Positions 7,916 through 17,592 of a stretch of 64,000 nt of DNA are shown piece by piece. The translations under genes were made by a program, and so were the position numbers. Numbering within the stretch: position 1 is the stretch's first letter; every line of letters starts with the position of its first letter. The stretch lies in IMG/VR virus record IMGVR_UViG_2507262055_000001. One strand, written 5' to 3'. The notes under the pieces are model-generated. The model was not told where the DNA came from. It was given only the letters and a program-made list of their open reading frames with translations, and did not search any database. The DNA is from a virus. Taxonomy: Duplodnaviria; Caudoviricetes.

Positions 7916-9772
7916 ATGGATATCAAGGTGCCGTTGAAGATGCTCAAATTCGGCCACGAAGACGGCGAGGGCATCAACGCCCGCGTCGCCGGCCGCGATG
8001 ACGGCATTGCCGCGCTTGCCGCCAACCTCAACGCCAACGGCCAGATCGAAAACCTCGTCGTCAAGGACGCCGGCGACGGCTTCTTTTCGGTCGCCAATGG
8101 CAACCGGCGCCTTGCCGCGTTCCGCATGATGTACGGCGACGGCTCGGACCAGCCGATCGGCTGCACCCTGCACCAGGTCGATAACGCCAAGGCCTTCGAG
8201 TATTCGCTGGCAACCGCGATCACGGCGGAGCAGCTGCATCCCGTCGACCAGTATGAGGCCTTCGCCAAGCTCAAAGAGCGCGGGCAGACGGAAGAGGAGA
8301 TCGCCCAGCACTACGGCTTGACGGTCAAGTATATCCGCCAGCGGTTGGCGATGGGGTCTTTGTCGCCGCTGGTCCGTCAGGCCTGGCGATCGGGCGAGTT
8401 CGATGAAGAGGCGGCCAAGGCCTTCACGCTCGCGGCCGATCACGCGCAGCAAGAGAAGGTGTTAGAGAAGCTCCGCAAGGATATCGCCGAGCAAAGCTGG
8501 GGCGACGGCAAGATCGACGCCGACGAAGTCGAGGACGAACTCAAGGTCGACCCCAACAACATCGGGTATCTGCTGCGCTTCGTGGGCACCGAGTCCTATG
8601 AGGCCAAAAAAGGCAAGATCATCACCCGCGATCTGTTCGGGCATCGCCACAAGGTGTCTGACGAAAAGCTTTTGAAGAAGCTTGCCGATGAAAAGCTCGA
8701 GGACGCCTGCAGGCGGCTAAAGAGCGAGGGCTGGTCTTTCGCGACCACCGGCCGCCCGAACAACTCTTGGGATTACGGCACAACGAAAATCGAACCGACA
8801 CCGACGGCCGACGAAGATGCCCGGATCGAGCATCTCAATCAAATCATCGGCGACGACAACAGCCTAATGACCGGGGAGATGACCGCGGATCAAGTCCAGG
8901 CACGCACCGAGATGCAGGCGATCTGGAAGGCCATCCTCGATCGGGCTTATACTTCAGAAATGCGCGCCAAAAGCGGATGTTGGGTGGAAATCGACCATAA
9001 CGGTGAGCTCAAGGTTGAGTACGGCAAGATCAAGCCGAAGGAAAAGGCAGCAGCGGCCGTCGTCGAGCGCACCGAGCGCAAGAAGGCCGCCGCGAACCAG
9101 TCCGCGGCCGAAGGCAAGCCGGCGCCGGAGTCGAAGGTCGTCTCGAACGCCCTTAGGCAGCGCCTTGAGGCGCAGCTGATCACGGCAACGCGCGATGCGA
9201 TCGCCGGTGACCCGCTGCTCTCGGAATCGCCCTTGGCTGAGGTCATGGCCAAAACCATTTGCAGCATGATCACCCCCGATCGGGCTTATTCGATGCCGGA
9301 TGGCGTGCGGACCAAGTTGCCGACCATCCGACAGGTGCTGGATGAGAACGTCTTCAACGCCGCGATGGCGAAGCGGTTCGATGCGAAGGACTATTTCTCC
9401 AACGCGCCGAAGCCGCTGGTGCTGAAGGCCATCAGCGAGGCGGTCAATCCAGACGAGGCCCGCAAGCTTGCCAGCAAGACGAAAGCCGACATCTGGAAGT
9501 GGGCGCTGGATAATCTGGCGAAGACCGGCTGGCTGCCAAAGGAGCTCCGCACCGTTCACTACAAGGGGCCGGGATCGGAAGGCTACAAAAAGCCAGTGAC
9601 TGATGCCAAGGGCGCCAAGCCGGACATCGCGACTGCGATGCATGATGCCCTGACAAAGGCGGAGAAGGCGATGAAGCCGCTGAAACGCGCGGCCGCGGTA
9701 CGAGAGTCCGCGAAGGCCGCTGCGAAGAAGGCCGCCAAGAAGCCCGTCAAAAAACCTGCGAAGAAGAAGTAA
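7916..9772 (+). CDS. ParB/RepB/Spo0J-family protein with Lys/Ala-rich tail
   Basis: GQIENLVV...VANGNRRLAA, LHPVDQYEAF, HTH EEEIAQHYGLTVKYIRQRL; tail KKAAKKPVKKPAKKK. Confidence 0.8.
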   Translation: MDIKVPLKMLKFGHEDGEGINARVAGRDDGIAALAANLNANGQIENLVVKDAGDGFFSVANGNRRLAAFRMMYGDGSDQPIGCTLHQVDNAKAFEYSLATAITAEQLHPVDQYEAFAKLKERGQTEEEIAQHYGLTVKYIRQRLAMGSLSPLVRQAWRSGEFDEEAAKAFTLAADHAQQEKVLEKLRKDIAEQSWGDGKIDADEVEDELKVDPNNIGYLLRFVGTESYEAKKGKIITRDLFGHRHKVSDEKLLKKLADEKLEDACRRLKSEGWSFATTGRPNNSWDYGTTKIEPTPTADEDARIEHLNQIIGDDNSLMTGEMTADQVQARTEMQAIWKAILDRAYTSEMRAKSGCWVEIDHNGELKVEYGKIKPKEKAAAAVVERTERKKAAANQSAAEGKPAPESKVVSNALRQRLEAQLITATRDAIAGDPLLSESPLAEVMAKTICSMITPDRAYSMPDGVRTKLPTIRQVLDENVFNAAMAKRFDAKDYFSNAPKPLVLKAISEAVNPDEARKLASKTKADIWKWALDNLAKTGWLPKELRTVHYKGPGSEGYKKPVTDAKGAKPDIATAMHDALTKAEKAMKPLKRAAAVRESAKAAAKKAAKKPVKKPAKKK

Positions 9773-9777
9773 CGGTC

Positions 9778-10032
9778 ATGCACATCGGGCGCATCAAGGA
9801 CACCACGCGCGTGATCGGTCAGCGGCAGGGCTATCTCGGCCTGCCCCTGCGCGACATCACGATCGACTGTTCGGTCAACGGACCGCGCACGCCGGCGATG
9901 GAGACGGCCTGGCTGCCGACTCCGGAGGAGATCGCCGCGATCGTCTGCGGCGCGCCCGTGGTGCTGCGCATTCTCGGCAATCAGCATCCGCCGGTCGCGG
10001 TCTATGTCGGCGACATTCCGAGGCAGGACTAG
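9778..10032 (+). CDS. Hypothetical protein
   Basis: Open frame. Confidence 0.6.
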   Translation: MHIGRIKDTTRVIGQRQGYLGLPLRDITIDCSVNGPRTPAMETAWLPTPEEIAAIVCGAPVVLRILGNQHPPVAVYVGDIPRQD

Positions 10033-10034
10033 CC

Positions 10035-10343
10035 ATGGCAGGCGAGGCACATGAGGGCGTGGTGTCGTTCGAGCCACTGACGCTCGGCCGCGAGGCCGTG
10101 ATGCTCGGCAAGGTTCGGGTCGGCGAGATCAGCCCGCTCGACGGCAGCCGCTACCGGGCGTGCTTTCGCCTGAGTCTCCCCGAGGCCTCGGCCACCAGCT
10201 GGCGCCCTGCAAGCGATATCGACGACGCCAGGCGCCTTACCCTGATCAAGATCAACGACTGGCTCAATGCCGCAGGGGTCGTGCCGATCGGCGCGGGCGC
10301 CGGGCAGATGATTGCCTGTCACCAGCCGGAGGGAGAGCGATGA
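10035..10343 (+). CDS. Hypothetical protein
   Basis: Open frame, coupled to the next gene. Confidence 0.55.
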   Translation: MAGEAHEGVVSFEPLTLGREAVMLGKVRVGEISPLDGSRYRACFRLSLPEASATSWRPASDIDDARRLTLIKINDWLNAAGVVPIGAGAGQMIACHQPEGER

Positions 10344-10771
10344 ATTTACCACCGAGCAGCGGCAAACCCTTCGGATACGGCGTGCGTGAAGCGTCCGGCG
10401 AAACCCGACAATCGCCGACGCAAACCGTGTCGCACGCACTGCCAACCCTCGGCTCGGCAGACACGGCAGCAGAGACGCTTGTCGAACGATCGCGGCGGCT
10501 TTTGCAGCGGGAAGCGTCGCTGGAGTTCCGCATCAGCCGGGCCGCACTAGAAGTTCTGGTGACGGATAGCGAACGATACGCGGAGCTTAACCAGCGCGTA
10601 TCCGCTGCAATCCCAGTCGCGCAATCACTGCGACAAGATGGACTTCGCATAACGGGCGAGAGCTACACCATTCGCGAGACCTGCGAACGGGTTTGGAAGC
10701 TCGTCTCGTTCATCCTGAATGACGATCAGCGGCAGCTAAACACGTCTCACCGGCCGGAGGGCGGCTCCTGA
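10340..10771 (+). CDS. Hypothetical protein
   Basis: GGAGAG RBS; ATG at 10340. Confidence 0.5.
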   Translation: MNLPPSSGKPFGYGVREASGETRQSPTQTVSHALPTLGSADTAAETLVERSRRLLQREASLEFRISRAALEVLVTDSERYAELNQRVSAAIPVAQSLRQDGLRITGESYTIRETCERVWKLVSFILNDDQRQLNTSHRPEGGS

Positions 10772-11232
10772 TGGTCGCCTATTCCTACAAAGGTCGCTTC
10801 GTCGCTCCGATCCGCGTCGGCCTCGGCCTTCCCGTGCTCGACGTGCATTACGAGCTTGGCGGCTATCTCCCCGGCCAGCCGATCCGCCCGAAACGCCAGA
10901 CCATCCGCGCCAACGGCCGACGCCGGCATGCCCGGCCTGGTGAGACGCTGCAGCACTATCACAGCATGCGGACGACCAAGTGTTTCAAGATCGGCGACGC
11001 ACACTGCAGTGCCGTGAGCATGATCCGGGTGTTCGTTCACGACGGGCGAGTCTTGATCAACCAGCGCGGGCGCCTGATCGAATATCGAAAGCCGAGAGAT
11101 CTCGACATGTTTGCTCGTGATGACGGCTTCGAAGACTGGGCTGGAATGCGCAACTTTTGGCTCGATGAGCACGACGGGAAGCACCTCGGACCCTTTGTCG
11201 GCGTCCTGGTCCAGTGGGAGGCGCTGCCGTGA
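10771..11232 (+). CDS. ASCH/PUA-like domain protein
   Basis: F..PI..G..KRQTIR...PGETLQHY...FARDDGF..W..M..FW pattern. Confidence 0.6.
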   Translation: MVAYSYKGRFVAPIRVGLGLPVLDVHYELGGYLPGQPIRPKRQTIRANGRRRHARPGETLQHYHSMRTTKCFKIGDAHCSAVSMIRVFVHDGRVLINQRGRLIEYRKPRDLDMFARDDGFEDWAGMRNFWLDEHDGKHLGPFVGVLVQWEALP

Positions 11233-11516
11233 CCTTGAACATCGATCTTCCACGTCATGCTGCCGAAAAGGTCACGCGTGCCCTTAAGGACGTCCTGCAG
11301 CTGACCAAGGATCCGGGCGATCATTTGCGCATTTGCTTGCTCGCTTCGGGAGTCTGCATAGGCGGCGCCGGCCAGGCCTTTGCGCAGATGGCGAAGAATG
11401 ATGGCGAGCAGCTTTCGGAAGTCGACGCCAAGCTGGAGATCGTGAAGCTGCTCGAGGTGCTCGTCTCCAAGGGCGCCGATGCGGCCATAAGATATTTGGA
11501 TGGCGAAAGAGAATGA
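11229..11516 (+). CDS. Hypothetical protein
   Basis: GTG start coupled to the upstream stop. Confidence 0.55.
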   Translation: MTLNIDLPRHAAEKVTRALKDVLQLTKDPGDHLRICLLASGVCIGGAGQAFAQMAKNDGEQLSEVDAKLEIVKLLEVLVSKGADAAIRYLDGERE

Positions 11517-11821
11517 AGCCGCCCGGCAAAACCACGCTCGTCCGCATGCAGCGCACTGCCATGATCGAGGCCGAGCGCATCGAGATCACCCAGGACTACT
11601 GGGTCGGCGAGGGCCGCATCAAGCAGCCTGAGCCAGACTTCGTTGCTCGCCGCGACGACTTCGCGGGCATCGTTCGGATGATCGACGCGATCGAGAGTGA
11701 CGAACGGCTCAAGGAGCGTGTCATCGAGCGGATGGCAGCGCGGGCCAAGATTGCAGTCGTCGCACCGATCGCGCCGGTCAATGCCGAGGGCGATGTTGAA
11801 ATTCCGGAAGCAACCGACTGA
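11513..11821 (+). CDS. Hypothetical protein
   Basis: Coupled ORF. Confidence 0.55.
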   Translation: MKPPGKTTLVRMQRTAMIEAERIEITQDYWVGEGRIKQPEPDFVARRDDFAGIVRMIDAIESDERLKERVIERMAARAKIAVVAPIAPVNAEGDVEIPEATD

Positions 11822-13017
11822 TGGCCCGCATCACCGACGACGAGCTCGACGACATCCGCGCCCGCAACCCGATCGCGGACGTCGCCAGTGGCTACACCAA
11901 GCTGCGCCGCGCCGGCGGCCGGCTGGTCGGTCCATGCCCGATCTGCGGCGGGCGCACCAGCTCGCAGCGTTTCGAGGTGATCGAGAAGGAGGGCACTTGG
12001 CTCTGTGCCGTGTGTCCAGACGGCGGCGACGTGATCCGCCTGGTCGAGAAGGTCGAGGGCTGCGACTTCCGCGCCGCGATCGAGAAGCTCGGCGGCCGTA
12101 CCGCGATCGATGCGGCCCGCGCCAAGGAATTGTTCGAGGAACGGGAGCGCAAGCGCCTGGCGCGCGAGAAGACCTCGGCCGACTACCGCGAGGCCGAGCG
12201 CAAGCGGCTGTTCCGGACGTGGAAAGGCGCACTGCCGATTCACGACACCGTCGCCGCGCGCTATCTCGAGGGCCGGGGCCTGGCGCTGCCTGATCATTGC
12301 CCCGGCCTGCGCTTTATGCCCACAATGTCCTATTGGCACGGCGAGACGATCGACGAGCGCGGCCGCAAGGCGCCGCGGCAGATCTATGCGGGCCCGGCGA
12401 TGTGCGGCGCCTTCATACGGCCGGACGGAAAGTTCGGCGGGCTTCACCTGACCTGGCTGAACGTCGCTACGTCACCTGATGACGTAACCGCGCCGGCGCC
12501 GGTGAAAGCCGAGATCCTCGATCCGGATTCCGGCGAGGTCCTCAACTCAAAGAAGATGCGCGGATCCAAGACCGGCGCCTATATCGCCATCGTGATGCAC
12601 GACGCGCCGCGGCGCCTGGTGATCGGCGAGGGGATCGAAACGGTGCTGTCGGTCTGGACCGCGATGCACCAGGCCGGCCGGCCGCTCGATGACATGGCCT
12701 TCTGGGCCGCCGGCGACCTGGGCAATCTCGCCGGCCGAGCGAACAAGACGGTCAACCACCCGACCTTGAAGCGGCCGAACGGTCAGCCCCAGAAGGTGCC
12801 CGATCGCTTCCCCGACCTCGACGATCTCGGCCTGTCGATCCCCGATTCCGTGGAGGAACTGATCCTGCTCGGCGACGGCGACAGCGAAAAGGTGCTGACC
12901 GAGAACGCCATGGAACGCGCAGCGCGCCGCTACGCGCGGCAAGGGCGCGTGATCCGGATTGCGTTTGCGCCGTCCGGGCTCGATTTCAATGACCTGCTGA
13001 AGGCGGAGGCGGCGTGA
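11821..13017 (+). CDS. DNA primase (CHC2-type zinc finger + Toprim)
   Basis: GPCPICGG...WLCAVC..GGDVI; LVIGEGIETVLS; LILLGDGD; DFNDLL. Confidence 0.85.
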   Translation: MARITDDELDDIRARNPIADVASGYTKLRRAGGRLVGPCPICGGRTSSQRFEVIEKEGTWLCAVCPDGGDVIRLVEKVEGCDFRAAIEKLGGRTAIDAARAKELFEERERKRLAREKTSADYREAERKRLFRTWKGALPIHDTVAARYLEGRGLALPDHCPGLRFMPTMSYWHGETIDERGRKAPRQIYAGPAMCGAFIRPDGKFGGLHLTWLNVATSPDDVTAPAPVKAEILDPDSGEVLNSKKMRGSKTGAYIAIVMHDAPRRLVIGEGIETVLSVWTAMHQAGRPLDDMAFWAAGDLGNLAGRANKTVNHPTLKRPNGQPQKVPDRFPDLDDLGLSIPDSVEELILLGDGDSEKVLTENAMERAARRYARQGRVIRIAFAPSGLDFNDLLKAEAA

Positions 13018-13253
13018 GCGTGAAGTTGACCGATGCGCAGCGCCGCATGCTGCTGGAAAGCAAGCCCGACGATCGCACGGGTGATGAGGGATGTGGTGTC
13101 GAGCTGCGTACAGGGGCCGATTATGCAGCAGCTAAGGCGCTGCAGCGTCGTGGCCTTGGCTCTGTGACCGGGCCCGACGGAAGTCTGCCTGGAATGTATT
13201 GGAGCAACAGCGCTGGCCTGCAGCGCCGTTCTGAGCTGATCGAGTCCGCATGA
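13014..13253 (+). CDS. Small hypothetical protein
   Basis: Coupled between primase and helicase. Confidence 0.55.
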   Translation: MSVKLTDAQRRMLLESKPDDRTGDEGCGVELRTGADYAAAKALQRRGLGSVTGPDGSLPGMYWSNSAGLQRRSELIESA

Positions 13254-15514
13254 CCCTCGAAGCCGTCCTCGACCTGGTCGACAACGCTCCCGCGTTCGTC
13301 GACGTCGACCCCGCAACCCTCGCACAGGCTGAGCGCAAGTTCGGACTCGAGCAGCTGAACGCCGGCCTGGCGCAGATCCGCGCAGCCGAGGGCGTCGATC
13401 GCGCGCCCATGCTGGCGTCGATCGCCGAGCAGCTCGGCGAGCTCGCGGGCGCCGGCGCGATCGACGAGCGCTTCGCCAAGGCCTCGCTCGAGGATGCGGC
13501 CGCCGGCGTCGGTCTGATCCGCGATCTGGGTGCGAAGGCCGTCAAGAGCGCGATCGCCGCCGGCCTGAAGCTTGGCCGGAAGTCGCCCCGGGATTTAACC
13601 GAGGTGCGACGCGCCGCTTCTTCAGCGGCGCTTGGAGCACCTCATGATGATGGGCGCCCGCGAGAGGCGGGCGACAATGTGATCTCTTTCCCGGCCGATC
13701 GGCCGGACCTTGCGTTTTCTTCTTTCGCTTCGTCCTCCCCCCGCACCCCCTCGGGGGAAGAAGAGAGTCAGAATGAAACCCTCACAAACGAGGATAAGGA
13801 TCAGGGACCGCCGGACGACGAAATCAGCGACCAGACGTTCCGGGACTGCGCGGAGCTCGATCAATCCGACGTCGACAACGGCAAGCGCCTGATTGCCTAT
13901 TTCGGGCGCGACCTGATGGTGAGGCAGGAAGACGATGTTGCGGCCGGCCAGATGCTGGCCTGGACCGGCACGCATTGGGATCTCGCCGGCGGCGAAGCGC
14001 TCGCACATCTGATCGGCCAGCGCGTCGGCGACCTGATCAAGCTGGAAGCGGCCTACATCGAGTTTTCGAATTCGGAGGCCCGCGCGGTCAACGCGGCCGA
14101 GGCGGCGGCCAAGGAGCTCAAAGACCTCGTCCCGGATACGCCCGAGCAATTTGCGAGGGTTGAGGAGCTCGGCGCGATCGTCGCTGCGGGGAAAAAGGCG
14201 CGGACAGCGCTCTCGACGCGGCGCGCCAATCGCAAGAAATGGGGCATCGCCACCAAGAACGCCGGGCGCATCGCCGCCATGATCAAATGCGCAGCGCCAC
14301 ATCTGCGCCGGCATCCCGATGCCTTCAACGCGGATCCGCTCAAGGTCGCGACTTTGACGCACACACTGTCGTTCGTGCCCATGCTCGATCCTGAAAATCC
14401 AGACCCCGACGGCAAGCGCCAGCTGGTGGTCGACGGCCGCGTTCAGTACGAGATGGTCGCCAAGCCCGGCCACGAACGCGAGGACCTGCTCACGGCCGTG
14501 ATACCCTACGCCTACAAGAAGGGTGCGACGGCGCGCGAGTTCAACGTCTTCCTCGATCTGTTCCAGCCGGAAGCCAAGAAGCGCCGAACCGTGCAGCAAT
14601 ACTCCGGCATGAGCCTCACGGCCCAGCCGGTGCAGCGGGTCATGTTCCACACCGGCACCGGCGGCAACGGCAAGAGCGTCTTCCTCGAGGTGCTGGCGCG
14701 CGTGTTCGGCGACGGCCTGTCCGTCGGCGTGCCCGCGGAAACGGTCTCGGGCGTGGTCGCGAACAATCCAAGCGCGCCGACGCCCGACATCGCCCGCTGC
14801 TACGCCAAGCGCTACCTGCGCATTGCCGAGCTGCCGAAGGATGCTCCGCTCAAGATGGAGACCATCAAGAAGCTGACCGGCGGCGAACGCTGGCCGGTGC
14901 GCACGATGTACAAGGGCTATTTCGAGTTCAAGCCGACGGCCAAGCCGCACATGAGCGGCAACGGCGAGCCGAAGTTCGATGGCTCCGACGGCGGCATGAA
15001 GCGGCGCCTGGCGATCGTGGAATGGTCGGTGACGCTGCCGCCGGAAAAGCATCGCGACTTCGAGGACGTCGTCACCGAGATCGTTGCCGAAGGCTCCGGC
15101 ATCCTGAACTGGCTGATCGCCGGCGCCCTCGACTTTCTCAACAACGGCTTCATCCTCTCCGAGGACGTGCTGCAGACCACCGCAGAGCACTTCGCCGAGA
15201 TGGATCCTGTCGGCCAGTTTGCCGACGCACATGTGAAACCTGACGCCGGCGGACCAGGCGTGCCGGCACGCGCGATGTTTCTTGCCTACAAGGCCTGGAG
15301 CGAAGCCAACGGCAAGGCGCACATGCACGAGACCCGGTTCGGCCGCACCATGAAGAAGAAGTTCAAGCGCGACGACAGCGGCCGCATCCACCGCTATGTC
15401 GACGTCGCGTTGCACGACGTGCCGGAGAGCCCACACCAGCAGAGTACACCATCCTCACCGCCGGACGACGGCTACCAACCGCCGACCCGCCACCCTGGCG
15501 ATGACGAAATCTGA
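13250..15514 (+). CDS. P4/D5-family SF3 helicase (phage/plasmid primase-helicase) with C-terminal winged helix
   Basis: SDVDNGKRL (D5_N); Walker A GTGGNGKS; IAEL (Walker B); IKKLTGGE; SGNGEPKF..SDGGMKRRL. Confidence 0.9.
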   Translation: MTLEAVLDLVDNAPAFVDVDPATLAQAERKFGLEQLNAGLAQIRAAEGVDRAPMLASIAEQLGELAGAGAIDERFAKASLEDAAAGVGLIRDLGAKAVKSAIAAGLKLGRKSPRDLTEVRRAASSAALGAPHDDGRPREAGDNVISFPADRPDLAFSSFASSSPRTPSGEEESQNETLTNEDKDQGPPDDEISDQTFRDCAELDQSDVDNGKRLIAYFGRDLMVRQEDDVAAGQMLAWTGTHWDLAGGEALAHLIGQRVGDLIKLEAAYIEFSNSEARAVNAAEAAAKELKDLVPDTPEQFARVEELGAIVAAGKKARTALSTRRANRKKWGIATKNAGRIAAMIKCAAPHLRRHPDAFNADPLKVATLTHTLSFVPMLDPENPDPDGKRQLVVDGRVQYEMVAKPGHEREDLLTAVIPYAYKKGATAREFNVFLDLFQPEAKKRRTVQQYSGMSLTAQPVQRVMFHTGTGGNGKSVFLEVLARVFGDGLSVGVPAETVSGVVANNPSAPTPDIARCYAKRYLRIAELPKDAPLKMETIKKLTGGERWPVRTMYKGYFEFKPTAKPHMSGNGEPKFDGSDGGMKRRLAIVEWSVTLPPEKHRDFEDVVTEIVAEGSGILNWLIAGALDFLNNGFILSEDVLQTTAEHFAEMDPVGQFADAHVKPDAGGPGVPARAMFLAYKAWSEANGKAHMHETRFGRTMKKKFKRDDSGRIHRYVDVALHDVPESPHQQSTPSSPPDDGYQPPTRHPGDDEI

Positions 15515-15544
15515 CAATGGAAAGGCGCATCTGTTGCAAATAGA

Positions 15545-15885
15545 TCACCGAGGGTCTCGGATTTTCGAGGGTTTGTCGAGGGTCCAAGTTTTAACCCTCG
15601 TCACGCGATATGTGCCTGTGTCGCAATGGCTTTTGCACTCGCGTCGAGGGTTTCGAGGGTCTCGCGCGCGCATACACATGCGAGAGGGGAAAGCGGACGC
15701 ACATGGTGTCCGTGTTGGCGGAGGTCACCTGCTTTCTGTGAAGGGTACAAAATCCTAGATCATGTAAGACAAACTCTCGAAACCCTCGAAAATATTGAAG
15801 AAAACACTGTAGATATAGCATTCGCGAGGGTTTTCTGATTCAATTTCTATACTATCGCAAACTCTCGAAACCCTCGAAAGGACGG
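15545..15885. repeat. Putative replication origin: iteron cluster
   Basis: Nine CGAGGG/CCCTCG cores in both orientations; exact 22-bp direct repeat CAAACTCTCGAAACCCTCGAAA at 15770-15791 and 15858-15879 flanking an AT-rich tract. Confidence 0.7.
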
Positions 15886-15889
15886 TTCG

Positions 15890-16561
15890 ATGTCGGCAAG
15901 GTTGAAATCTGACGGGAGCTTGGTGGACGTGAAAATGCCGAGCGGTGCCCGGCCTGAACGGCGTCGAGTGCCGGTAGCGAGAAAACCTCGCGATCTCAGC
16001 CGCGGATCTAAGATCTATTTCATTCTTTGTCAGGCGACAGGCCGTGTGAAATGTGGCGTGGCGAATGATCCGCGGGCGAGACTTTCGGGGTTGCAGGTTG
16101 GATCACCGACGCCCTTGAAGCTGATTGCAGAGATCGACGGTGACGACGCGAAGGAGAAGTTGATCCATAGGCGGTTGGATCCATGGCACATCCACGGCGA
16201 ATGGTTTCACTACGTGCCAGATGTGTGCGGCATTATCGTTGACGAGATTTCCTCGTTTTTTAAGAGGTTGTACCTAGGTGATGATATTGTCCGGACGTTT
16301 GCAGCTGATGGCATTCCGCAGCACACCAGGCCGACAGACCCACGCATACACCGCTTCATCGCCGACTATACCGTCAGCAGCCCTGGCGCCCGCACGCAGT
16401 CCAGCAACCTCTACAAGGCATTCGAGGTGTGGTGCGGATCGGCGGGAATAATTGCTTGCAGCCAAAAAGCGTTCACGATGGCCATGGCAAACGCCGGTTA
16501 TCGCCGCATCACATCCAGCGTCGTGTTCTTCCTCGACATTGCGCTGAAAGCACATCCATAG
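15890..16561 (+). CDS. GIY-YIG-like (T5orf172/Mug113) nuclease fused to a D5-C-terminal-like winged helix
   Basis: IYFI...VKCGVANDP..RL..LQVGSP...EK.IH...GEWF; C-terminal RFIADY...SSNLYKAFEVWC. Confidence 0.75.
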   Translation: MSARLKSDGSLVDVKMPSGARPERRRVPVARKPRDLSRGSKIYFILCQATGRVKCGVANDPRARLSGLQVGSPTPLKLIAEIDGDDAKEKLIHRRLDPWHIHGEWFHYVPDVCGIIVDEISSFFKRLYLGDDIVRTFAADGIPQHTRPTDPRIHRFIADYTVSSPGARTQSSNLYKAFEVWCGSAGIIACSQKAFTMAMANAGYRRITSSVVFFLDIALKAHP

Positions 16562-16697
16562 AGGGAGTAGCGACGGGATGATGTTCTAAGGGGCTCTGGG
16601 CAAGCTCCCGACCATTCTGCGAGAAACTGTACCCGGTTGGTACAGTTTCTGACGACCAGCAAATCGACAGGGAAAATCGAGATGTTGGAGCTACCGA

Positions 16698-17273
16698 ATG
16701 AAGCCGCTGTCGACCGCACCACTTCCGGATCCACAATTGGTCCGCAAGACGCGATCCCAACTGTTCCGCGAAGCAGAGATTGCCGTCGCCGAGATGACGA
16801 AACGGTTCGACGTCTCAAAGCTGCGCAACGCTGAGATCGTCGAAGGTGAACTGGCTAAATGGTATGTGGTCGAGGTGTATGCATCCGAACAGCATGACGT
16901 TGCCGTTGAACTGGCAAAGCATCGGTTCGGCGTCTACGTTCCAGTGATCAGCGAAACCGTAATCCTGCGGGGACGCAAGATCGACCGGCGCATTCCGTTG
17001 TTGTCGGGCTACGTCTTCGTCTTCATGTGGTTTAACGACAGACACTGGCGCTGGATCTCGGACACACCTGGCGTCGTCAGCATTCTTGGATGGATCGATG
17101 ACAGAGAGATCCACCGTGTTCGATTTGAGGAAAGCTGCGAACAGTTGAGCGCGGAGGATCGCAGGAAGGTAGAGCAACGCGTGCTGAGCAAGCTGCATAA
17201 GCGGGCAGGATCGTCGCGCCGGAAGAAGCGGCGATCGAAAAAGGGCAACCTCAAAACTCAGGAGGCCGCTTGA
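16698..17273 (+). CDS. NusG/RfaH-family transcription antiterminator (NGN domain, basic tail, no KOW domain)
   Basis: KWYVVEV...FGVYVP...PLLSGYVFV...TPGVVSILG. Confidence 0.85.
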   Translation: MKPLSTAPLPDPQLVRKTRSQLFREAEIAVAEMTKRFDVSKLRNAEIVEGELAKWYVVEVYASEQHDVAVELAKHRFGVYVPVISETVILRGRKIDRRIPLLSGYVFVFMWFNDRHWRWISDTPGVVSILGWIDDREIHRVRFEESCEQLSAEDRRKVEQRVLSKLHKRAGSSRRKKRRSKKGNLKTQEAA

Positions 17274-17427
17274 CGCGGTCTCTTAGAATCAGCCATTGGC
17301 GTTGGTGGCTGATTGCCTCGCTTCATTTGAGCTCACCGAATTGGGGGTTGGTGCTCTGAGCGATGGTGGACCGAAGCGGATTTATCCCTTCACCAGCCGG
17401 AACTGTGCCCAAAGCAAATCGACCCTG

Positions 17428-17458
17428 AGCCCGGACACGGAAACGTGCCGGGCTTTTG
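17428..17458 (+). terminator. Intrinsic terminator ahead of the packaging genes
   Basis: AGCCCGG(A)CACG-GAAA-CGTGCCGGGCT followed by TTTG. Confidence 0.7.
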
Positions 17459-17592
17459 TGTTTGCATAGGGTGTGCGGTCGCGCACCTGTGCGTTGCCGC
17501 TGCCCTCCTTGGGCGTTTCCTCCTTAGACTTGGCCGCGCCGCCTGCATTGACTGCATCATGCAGGCGGCGGCCCTTTCCCACGGTGGTCGAT

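Noticed and set aside
17270-17290. TTGACG and TAGAAT as a late sigma70 promoter
   Set aside because: The two hexamers are only about 8 nt apart, incompatible with 16-18 nt spacing
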